Source of the DNA: Tetramitus jugosus
Taxonomy: Eukaryota; Protista; Heterolobosea
Assembly: GCA_937625935.1 (NCBI GenBank)
Contig: OW569375.1
Location: forward strand, 62,001-126,000
Direction: 5' to 3'
DNA length: 64,000 nucleotides
The notes beneath the pieces were generated by a model. That model made no database searches and had not been told where the DNA came from. It saw only the letters and a list, made by a program, of their open reading frames with translations. Each line of letters opens with the position of its first letter. Position 1 is the first letter of the stretch. This document shows positions 1-8,533 of the stretch, piece by piece. Position numbers and translations under genes: made by a program.

Positions 1-2181
1 GCTCTCGAAGGTGAATCATGCAGCTATTTCAGTCGAGTTAAGCTCCCTGTATCTCACATTGATTTTGGAGCTTATAAAACATCAATGATGCCCATTAGAG
101 ACCCTCAGGGAGAGGTTGTTGGAGTTGCTGCGATGGCTCTAGACATTACAGAGTTAATTGTGGCACAGGAAGCAAAGTCAGTGTCCGAAAAGAATTATCG
201 AACATTGGTGGAATCGATAGATGATGTAATTATGAAGATTAATGACAAGAATACTATTTTATTCGTGAATAGAAACTTCTTGAACTTTGACAGAGACCAC
301 ATGGCAGGTCGTTCGTTACTTGATATAATGGGCCGGAATCAAATGATTGAAATAAGTGTAAAACTGGAAAGTCTGTTCAAGAACAAGGAGTGGTTTTCAT
401 GGGAGTGGAGTATTGTTGTGCATGGCGAACAAAAACACTTTTCGAGTAGAGTGGTTCCCATTGTCAGTGATTCCTCGTCTGCTGAATGTGCCATTGTTAT
501 TACCTCCGATATCACACAAAAGAAAAGGGTGCTTGAACAAGAGCGAGAGGTGAATGAAATGAGAATTGCATCAAAGTCCAAAACTGCATTCATTTGCGAA
601 ATGAGTCATGAGATTAGAAATCCATTGAATATTGTCATGGGAAGCTTGCATTTGCTTGCAAGTACAAAGGGTTTGAACAAGACTCAACTTGATTACTTGA
701 ATGATGCCAATGAGAATTTAAAGTTATTGTTGGCAATTATTTCAGATGTGCTCGATATTTCAAAGGTTGAAGCTGGAAAATTGCAGATTATCGAGGAAAG
801 TGCCAGTGTGCTGGATATTGTCGAAACGACTGCCAATATGATACAATCTCAAGCATATGGAAAAGGATTGTCTCTTTTCACTCATGTTGACTGTCGAATA
901 CCATATCGAGTTCGCTGTGACCGTTTCAGAATCAGTCAAATATTGCTCAATTTCTTGGGAAATTCCATCAAGTTCACAAACAGAGGATACATTTGTTTGA
1001 CAGCTGAATTAGTGAGTGAAACAGAAGCAGAAGCAGAGATAAAGTTCACATGCAAAGATACTGGTTTTGGGATCAAGGATGAAGACAAAGACCAAGTATT
1101 CGAGCCATTCTATCAAGTCAAGGAACAAACACAACCACAAAAGTATGCTGGTTGGGGATTGGGATGTGCCATATGTGTTCGATTAGCAGATTTGATGAAG
1201 GGTCGAGTTGGATTGAACAGTCACTATGGTGAAGGTAGTGAATTCCATTTCACAATTTCGTTACCCAAGCTTCCTAATGTGACCAGTGCTCGTGTGACAC
1301 GGATAGAGGAGGAATTGGCATTATCAGATTATTCCACTGTATTTGTCCTGAATTGCGAGACCATTGATGCATCTCAACAATATATGGTGGATTATCTGAA
1401 GAAGCTTGGGGTTTCTAACATAACGATACCGCCAAAAGAAAAAGGAACATACGGTGATACTTCATCAATTGAGTGTTATGCTAGAAATCATGCCAGTGAG
1501 AGTATAGCAATTATTGCAAACGGTTACCACTATAGTGAATTAGATCATTTTCTTTCCAAGTTTTCCAATGTGAAACTGCTGCTGCTACAACAGCCACAGG
1601 ACGATGCACAACATGTTGAACTCAAATCTCCCAGAGCAGTCACATTGTCTTTACCAGTTCGGTTAAATCGCTTGATGATGGCCCTGACAAATTCTGAACA
1701 CTCTGAATTGAATTCATTGAATAGAGACTTGGATGTGAAGTGTTTATCTCTCAATAGCACAACTGACAACCAACCATGTCGAAAGAATTCCAAATCATTT
1801 AACTTTGATGTGGAGATACTCTGTGTGGAAGATAATATGATCAACAGAAAGGTTCTTTGCAACATGTTGCACAATCTTGGAGTGAGGAAAGTGGATGCGG
1901 CAGTCAATGGTTTGGAAGGTTTGAACAAAGTCAAGGAGAAGAAGGAACCATACTCAATTATTTTCATGGACTTGATGATGGACACGATGGATGGAATTGA
2001 ATGCACAAAGGAGATACGAGAGCTCACAGGCGAAAAGGCTCATACGCCGATTGTAGCTTGCACTGCTAATGCTGATGTACAAAGCATTTCTGATTGTTTA
2101 TCTCGTTCCTTCAACGGAGTGATCACAAAACCGATCAGCGCAGAAAAACTCCTGAAGCTCTTGCAACAATATTGCGGTTGA
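1..2181 (+). CDS. Hybrid histidine kinase (PAS-HisKA-HATPase-degenerate REC-REC), 5'-truncated by window edge
   Basis: Frame open from base 1 (ALEGESCSYFSRV..., homologous to ALSGEEMSYNSRI in the paralogue). H-box MSHEIRNPLN, N-box QILLNFLGNSIKFT, G1 DTGFGI, G2 GWGLG; receiver VEDN...FMDLMM...ACTAN...ITKP. Confidence 0.95.
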   Translation, partial: ALEGESCSYFSRVKLPVSHIDFGAYKTSMMPIRDPQGEVVGVAAMALDITELIVAQEAKSVSEKNYRTLVESIDDVIMKINDKNTILFVNRNFLNFDRDHMAGRSLLDIMGRNQMIEISVKLESLFKNKEWFSWEWSIVVHGEQKHFSSRVVPIVSDSSSAECAIVITSDITQKKRVLEQEREVNEMRIASKSKTAFICEMSHEIRNPLNIVMGSLHLLASTKGLNKTQLDYLNDANENLKLLLAIISDVLDISKVEAGKLQIIEESASVLDIVETTANMIQSQAYGKGLSLFTHVDCRIPYRVRCDRFRISQILLNFLGNSIKFTNRGYICLTAELVSETEAEAEIKFTCKDTGFGIKDEDKDQVFEPFYQVKEQTQPQKYAGWGLGCAICVRLADLMKGRVGLNSHYGEGSEFHFTISLPKLPNVTSARVTRIEEELALSDYSTVFVLNCETIDASQQYMVDYLKKLGVSNITIPPKEKGTYGDTSSIECYARNHASESIAIIANGYHYSELDHFLSKFSNVKLLLLQQPQDDAQHVELKSPRAVTLSLPVRLNRLMMALTNSEHSELNSLNRDLDVKCLSLNSTTDNQPCRKNSKSFNFDVEILCVEDNMINRKVLCNMLHNLGVRKVDAAVNGLEGLNKVKEKKEPYSIIFMDLMMDTMDGIECTKEIRELTGEKAHTPIVACTANADVQSISDCLSRSFNGVITKPISAEKLLKLLQQYCG
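454..2018 (+). repeat. Left arm of dispersed inverted repeat (blocks ~454-1165 and ~1684-2018)
   Basis: Near-identical at nucleotide level to the reverse complement of ~23874-24585 and ~23003-23337. Confidence 0.9.
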
Positions 2182-2346
2182 AGTACTCTATCTGAACCAT
2201 AAAATGGGCTGTCATCTCGTTCAGTTATTTTCGCACACCATTGTATTAATAAACTTTACCAAAGGTCTCACAAAATTCTTTTATCTCAATATCATACAAT
2301 CCCGCAAGATTTATCAAACCCAAAACTCGAATCACATTTCCAATCA

Positions 2347-2898
2347 ATGGTAGAAAACAAGCGAAACGATCAATCGAACAACAAAGAAGAGCGTCCAGGA
2401 TTCACAGTTTCCAACAACCCAATTGTCAGTAAAACTGAAACAGGTGTCGAAACAGTGGCTGATAATGCCATTTACGGTACCAAACTCCTTGATATTGATC
2501 AAGTTGTCAGTAGGGATCCCTATTTTGTTTCGGATAACCTGTCCTTCCAAAGAATTGAGTCAAGAGAGGGAGCACTCGACCCTTTGGCTCATCTCTCTGG
2601 TAACGAAGCAGAAAGTGACCCTGATCAATTGGATTTCGTCGAAGCCAAGAACGTGTTGGCCAATTTGGGCATTCCAAGACACAGCGGAACTCAGTATCGG
2701 TCAACCACCAAGGAAAATACTCCTACTCAACGAGTAGACTATGATTCATTTTACATCATGGACACCACAGCAGAGGAAGATCAAGAGGAAGAAATTGTTG
2801 TCCCCCAACGATCCTTCAACGTCAGTGTTAACAACAGTGTTTCTCACAGTGAACCATTGGAAATGAGCGAAGCGCAAAGAAATGATCCCTTCCACTGA
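2347..2898 (+). CDS. Hypothetical acidic protein, 183 aa
   Basis: ATG-initiated ORF filling the gap between two genes; no recognisable domain. Confidence 0.55.
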   Translation: MVENKRNDQSNNKEERPGFTVSNNPIVSKTETGVETVADNAIYGTKLLDIDQVVSRDPYFVSDNLSFQRIESREGALDPLAHLSGNEAESDPDQLDFVEAKNVLANLGIPRHSGTQYRSTTKENTPTQRVDYDSFYIMDTTAEEDQEEEIVVPQRSFNVSVNNSVSHSEPLEMSEAQRNDPFH

Positions 2899-2949
2899 AT
2901 CAACTGTCAATTAATCAAGAATATGTAAATGGATCAATTTTTCATTGTA

Positions 2950-3633
2950 TTAACTTCTCTTGACATTTCTGTAGGCTTGACATGGTCCAGACATGCAATA
3001 GTTTTCGCAATTTGCAGGTGGGTCAATCAGTTTTCTATCAAACTTCTTTGGGTTGAACGTTTCCAACTTGAAGTCCCACTGCTTCAAAGTTGGTGGCTGG
3101 CCCCACAATTCATTGAAAACAACGGGCAATCTTTTGTCGTCCGATGTACAATAGTAGTGGTTGAGATATTGGCCTTGCTTGGTCCAATGTTCGCACTTTT
3201 GTTGATTGATTGTTTCAATTCCAACAAAAGTTGAGTTCTTCTTTAACCAATCACCCCGAATGGCTCCAAATTGACTCTCACACTTGCAACAAAAGTCAGC
3301 TTGTGGGAATTGCAAGTATGACCAACCGTTGGTCGCAAAGATGACATTGCACTGATATTGGCTGCCATAAGGCAAGTCGACACACATCTCATCAAATTGT
3401 GGAGGATAGTGTTCATAGCGCTCAGCTCCCAACTCGTCATCGTGAAAGTAAGCAAATGTCCAACGAGATACAGGACGAGGATTGGTAAAGTTGACCATGA
3501 CACTGTACGTTGGAACGCCACCCCAGAGAGGAGGATCTCGCTTCTGCATGAGACCTGGAGCTGCCAACATGACCACAATCAATAGGCAGAGAGAAATTGA
3601 AAGATAGACCCAACGTTTATTAGCAGAGAACAT
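2950..3633 (-). CDS. Secreted/lysosomal Cys-rich protein, probably ependymin-related (EPDR+/LolA-like)
   Basis: N-terminal hydrophobic signal anchor; motifs YLQFPQADFCCKC, IRGDWL...TFVG.E, CEHWTKQG and C-terminal DPPANC. Confidence 0.6.
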   Translation of the reverse strand: MFSANKRWVYLSISLCLLIVVMLAAPGLMQKRDPPLWGGVPTYSVMVNFTNPRPVSRWTFAYFHDDELGAERYEHYPPQFDEMCVDLPYGSQYQCNVIFATNGWSYLQFPQADFCCKCESQFGAIRGDWLKKNSTFVGIETINQQKCEHWTKQGQYLNHYYCTSDDKRLPVVFNELWGQPPTLKQWDFKLETFNPKKFDRKLIDPPANCENYCMSGPCQAYRNVKRS

Positions 3634-3866
3634 TTAGATAGCAGTTAGGGAGTTGTTCGTTTTTTCACAAAGGGATTGGGAATTGAGACTATATTGGGGT
3701 ACCAATGTCGCGCGCTAGGTTCAGGGGTCTCCGGAACTCCGAAATTGACACTTGAAACCCGACAATAATTTACAGTTGCGACTGATCACTACCCGGTGAC
3801 AAAATTCGGTCCACCGAAAATTCTGACTTGGAAGAATGTCAGAACCAAATGAATTGTCAAGTGAAA

Positions 3867-4421
3867 CTAATAATGGCTTGTTCTCTTACCTCTGTTACCA
3901 CCATTTACATAACCAAAGTAGTACAAGACCTTGTTTTGAATCACCAATCGCAACCATGGCATCGTGTAACCATGTATTCCCTTTTTGAGGTCTTCAAGGT
4001 TAGGGATCACCCGATACCGTGTTCCTATGCTGCTTTCAGGTGTGTCCAAGATCACTTTACATTGACAAACTCGACCCCATTGTTGGCCTTTCGTTGCTTG
4101 AATTTTTGCTGACAATGTCTTTGAATTCTGCCCAGATAAAGATTGGAGTACCTGCTCTACTAGGACACAGGGATTGCTGATTCTATGAACCAAATTGCAG
4201 AGAATCTACTATTCATTGGCCTCCACCATGTGTGTTCTTGACATGAATAACGCTCGGAGAGCGTCATTGTTAGGTGTCTTCGAATCCAGACCGTCATCTG
4301 TAGAGTTATGTAGATCACGTTCAAGTTCTGTCGCGATCGAATTGAAAAGGTCCTCTAGTGCATCATCTAGCTGGTTGACTCCCAGCCAATTGTTACAGCG
4401 CCAGGACATTGTGAAGATCAA
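3867..4421 (-). pseudogene. Disrupted tandem paralogue of the 4393-5325 gene
   Basis: ANE/IVDSLQFGS*NQQSLCPSRAGTPIFI.../TLSAKIQ...RYRVIPNLEDLKKGIHG..PWLRLVIQ..LYYFGYVN aligns with the upstream gene but needs frameshifts near 4210 and 4120 and contains an in-frame TAG at 4183-4185. Confidence 0.8.
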
Positions 4422-5325
4422 TCTGGCTTGGGAGATTTGTGTTTTCGCAGAGAGTTTTTAGATACAATTGAGACCTCTTTTCTCTATCCCCATGATTCAC
4501 ATAACCAAAGTAATACAAGGCAATTGGAGAGAACCTCTCCTTTTCCTCTTTATCTTGGATCATGAGTCTCAACCACGGTTTCTCTTCACCTTCGATTCCC
4601 CTCTTGAGCTCTTCAATATTTGGTATCACTCGGTACTTATCTTTTTGGTTCTTACTTCCTTTCGAGGATAATTTACAGTCACAAATCTGAGTCCATCCGC
4701 TGGCCTTCTTAACCTCTATATGTGCTGCTAATCTCTGATATTGAGTACAGATGTATATGGGGGTTCCTCCTCGGCTCGGGCACAGGAGTGGTAATCTGGA
4801 AGTTTGACCACCTGTACCAAATTGAACAGAACTTACAATTTCATTAGCTACCGCTGGTTGATTCCTTGGTATAATGTTCTCTTCTATTCTCCTTCTTTTA
4901 CGGCCGTGTTTAACCTTCCCAGCAGAGTCTCTTTGTCTCTTTTTCTTTGCACTTTTCTTTGGAGGATCGCTCAGGACAACTGGCCGATGACAAGGTTTGT
5001 CACACACTTCACTATCTCCCTCTACATTCTGGTCCATCAAGGCTGTTATACTATAGAGGTTTTCTTGACTATATGTCAGTGAAGAAACGTAGTTGACTGG
5101 GGTTTCGGGAAATGAAAGGTCACCAAAGTGTAGCGGTTGTTGTTCAATGTTGGAATCCACATCTAGGTTAGTTTCTACACTTGTTTCCTCTGTTTGTTGG
5201 ATATGTACAGTGTCAAAGGAGTAAAAGAAGTGCTCGTTCCGGTTGTTGTCATCCAATGCTTTGAACAGAGGACTGTAAGTGTTGTCATTCAATAGTAAAT
5301 CGATATCTAGGTCTAGATCCTGCAT
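4393..5325 (-). CDS. Putative nuclear regulator: acidic N-terminus, NLS, C-terminal IPT/TIG-like domain
   Basis: 310-aa ORF; KKKRQR and KHGRKRRR basic clusters; C-terminal domain conserved in the adjacent pseudogene. The domain assignment is inference. Confidence 0.7.
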   Translation of the reverse strand: MQDLDLDIDLLLNDNTYSPLFKALDDNNRNEHFFYSFDTVHIQQTEETSVETNLDVDSNIEQQPLHFGDLSFPETPVNYVSSLTYSQENLYSITALMDQNVEGDSEVCDKPCHRPVVLSDPPKKSAKKKRQRDSAGKVKHGRKRRRIEENIIPRNQPAVANEIVSSVQFGTGGQTSRLPLLCPSRGGTPIYICTQYQRLAAHIEVKKASGWTQICDCKLSSKGSKNQKDKYRVIPNIEELKRGIEGEEKPWLRLMIQDKEEKERFSPIALYYFGYVNHGDREKRSQLYLKTLCENTNLPSQIDLHNVLAL

Positions 5326-5610
5326 ACTTGGTGTTGTTATCTTTGTGTTTTTGGATTTCGGTTACCAACTACCTAAATTTCTGAAATAGTTCAGATTGTC
5401 GTTCGAGTGTGTTCTGCAGAAGTCGAGAACTATCCGTTCTTGACCCATCACAAATGATTAGACGGCGGCTGTGCGTCTCTCGAATTGAGCCTGAAGCATG
5501 CACAATGCAAGGAACACGTGACATTGGACAGAAGCAACACCACCTTATTTGTCAAAAATTTTTCGCACCTAAAAAAAAACCCAAGGTATTCCGGGATTCC
5601 GAAGGAGAGT

Positions 5611-6414
5611 TTACTGGGTGGCACAACCACCACCTTCACCACCTGACATCTGTTCCATATCACCAGCTGTTAGGAAGTCCATGTTGGGCATACCACCACC
5701 AGCACCAATCTCCTCATCAGGTGCAAACTGTGTTGCAATCGAGTCTGGCAATTGTCCATAGGATTGAATCTTGTTGTACGTTTCAACCAACTCGTCCAAG
5801 CACTCTGGGAACTCTCTTGTCTGATAAAGATTGCACATGTCCTTGACACTTTGATGAATCAGAGAGACACGTTCATATTCTTCCTTGTTCTCCTCCTTCT
5901 TGTTCTCTTCATCATCCAACCATCCTTGAATCAACACATTCAACTCTTCAATGGCTTGCTGCATGCTATCAGGAGCAAACATCATTTGATTCATGAGACT
6001 TGTAATGTCTAGACCACCACCAGCAGCTCCTTCTTCTTCATTTTCTAGATCACCATCATCACCTTCACCTTGTTCACCACCAAAAGGTGCACCTGCTCCA
6101 CCACCCATCATCATATTGTTCATCATTGCATTCAACATGAAAGCAAATTGATCTTGTTGTTGATTCGCAACACCACCTTCTTCTTCATCGTCATCCTCAT
6201 CATCACCATCACCTTCTTCTTCACCATCACCACCACCACCTGATGAAAATCTCATTTGTTGCAACATTTGTTCCAATAAATTGGCACTTATATCATCATT
6301 TCCACCAATGGTTTGTTGTTGTTGTTGGGCAAAGTAGGCAGAAGTATCAAGTTCTTCAATTTCTTCTTCTTCTTCTTCAACTTCTTCAATAATGACTTTT
6401 TTGTTGTCTGACAT
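5611..6414 (-). CDS. PEX19: Peroxin 19 (farnesylated peroxisomal membrane protein receptor)
   Basis: Acidic disordered N-terminus; helical domain WLDD...EEYER...C..Y...IQSYGQLPDSI; C-terminal CaaX box CATQ. ATG taken at MSDNKK. Confidence 0.85.
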   Translation of the reverse strand: MSDNKKVIIEEVEEEEEEIEELDTSAYFAQQQQQTIGGNDDISANLLEQMLQQMRFSSGGGGDGEEEGDGDDEDDDEEEGGVANQQQDQFAFMLNAMMNNMMMGGGAGAPFGGEQGEGDDGDLENEEEGAAGGGLDITSLMNQMMFAPDSMQQAIEELNVLIQGWLDDEENKKEENKEEYERVSLIHQSVKDMCNLYQTREFPECLDELVETYNKIQSYGQLPDSIATQFAPDEEIGAGGGMPNMDFLTAGDMEQMSGGEGGGCATQ

Positions 6415-6590
6415 GATGGTGAATCTCACAAGTGTGTGGGTTGTTTTTCTGTGGTTGTTTCCTGCTGCTGACGTTGCAAGAAGATCTGAGTGAATTTATT
6501 CCCCTGCTGAGCTTTTTCGGAGTTAAACAGTTGTTTTTTCGCGCCAAAAGCATGTGTACGACCGATAAAGAAATATAGAAATGATTGAGC

Positions 6591-8449
6591 ATGGAATTTA
6601 AGAAGATCAAGGATAGAGCCTCACCTATTGTTGGTATGAGCAATTTGGTGGATGAAACTTTGAGTGAAAATCAAGCACATATCTTTCAGACTCGGCGATT
6701 GTTGAACGGTAAGGAAGTACGAAGCAACCATCTAGTCGATCATCATCTTACGAACACAAATGATGATATGATCATGGAGTCACCTCGAAGTGCAAGAAGA
6801 GGCACATGGAAACCACTAGATCATATGATATTTGCTCCTACTTCTCCCCAACACTCATCTGTCGTTCAAGATCACTCAACAGATGAAATAGAAGAAGGTA
6901 GTCAGATAATGGTAACCGAAAAATGGGAACAGAATATCCATGACGATCGTATTCTACGAACCCTGGATGACTCTTTGATGGATATTGCGAGAGAATTCTC
7001 CAGTCATGTAGTGAACGCCAGTCTGTTGAACCAAAACAGGAGTGCAAACAAAGGAATGAAGAATCGACATAACAAGGGTTCAGAAAACCCAAAGACAGCA
7101 ACATCTAAGAGAGTGTTGTGTGACGAAACTCGAGTCCTACCTACCAGATTTGTGTCGGAACCGTCCACTCCCAGAGGAAGTGTAACCTCTCGTGTCTCGG
7201 CAACAACTCGTATGAATGAGAAGAAAAAACAAGAGAAGTCTCTACCTCCGTCATCGACTCTGGAGAAAACGAAAAGTCGAACAAAGGCAGCTCTAACTAC
7301 AACCGCGAAATCAACTGTTGAGTACAAGAAAGCTCGGAGTGTGACAACATCTGATCGAGTACCATTATCGGCAAGACCTAGACTCCAGAGAAATGTTGAA
7401 ACCGAAACTCCCTTAGTATCAAAACGGAAATCTCTCTCTCCTCAATCAGTTGATCAACTCTCAATAGATCCCTTTGTCATTTCAACTTCACCAGAGGTTG
7501 TTCGGAGTAAGCAGTGGCTGGAATTGATCATGGAGAAGAAAAAACTGGCAGCAACTTCAAGTTCGCTCAATGAAACCCAATTGTATAAAACTGCCCGTTT
7601 GGCAGACCTAGAAAGTGAACTCAAGAGTTCAACTGATGATAACCTAAAGAAAATAATGGAACTACAGATGGCAAACAATCACTTGAAATATGTGGAGAAA
7701 TCCATAAAGGATTTTGGGATGATGGTTCGATCTTGTGAAGTCAAACAGGATTGGTGTTCAACCGTAGAGAAATTCCTATTATTTTATTCCCACACCATAC
7801 AGAACAGGTAAGTCCTCCTCTTTTGAAACTGGCCCACTTTTGGCTGTTGTACAACCAAGTATGTTTCTAACAACTTATAAATCCTAGAGATAAGTTATTA
7901 CAGGGAGGAAAATATGATGAGAAGAGCTGCGAAATTGATACAACGAGTCCATATGTATCTCCATCAAACCGACAAACAAACACTCAAAGTATATGCATAA
8001 CGAAAGATGGAACTGCTGTTCGAAGAACCACCGCGAGTATAATAACTACAAAATCGAGTCGGATTTCTCCAAAAAATAGATCAAGCCCACCTCCAACAAC
8101 ACCAAAGGACCATTCAACCCTCTCTTATACAATAGAGGCATCAGATGCAACAATTTCTGATTCTGCGATGAAACCGTATGATTCGTACAATTGCTTGGTC
8201 GAAGAATGCCTCATATGGTTCGCAAAATTTCTGCACAGACATGTTTTATATTTCTTTGAGATACATGATTCATCACCCTCTCCAATCCATCTCAGACCCG
8301 AAACTAGATTACTTCAAAACACGGTCTATCCATGGCTACGAAATGTTGTGAAATCAAAATTTCTAGATCAGAAAACTATTGCCTCGATCGTTCAACTGGC
8401 AGATATTATTCAGCATCAACTTGTTGTACACCAGATCATTATTCAGTAA
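6591..8449 (+). CDS. Hypothetical basic S/T/K-rich coiled-coil protein, 2 exons (6591-7807, 7888-8449)
   Basis: Intron GTAAGT...CTAAC...TAG at 7808-7887 joins ORF 6585-7811 in frame to ORF 8168-8449. Confidence 0.75.
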
Positions 8450-8533
8450 AATATTGTCTCTCTTATCGTTGTGGGAGCTGCCAAGTGCGTTGCTCCATCG
8501 GCGTAATAAATCCTAGAGATTTTAGATTAATGT

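Noticed and set aside
3821-3844. Small hairpin TTCTGAC-N10-GTCAGAA
   Set aside because: A 7-bp stem is expected by chance.
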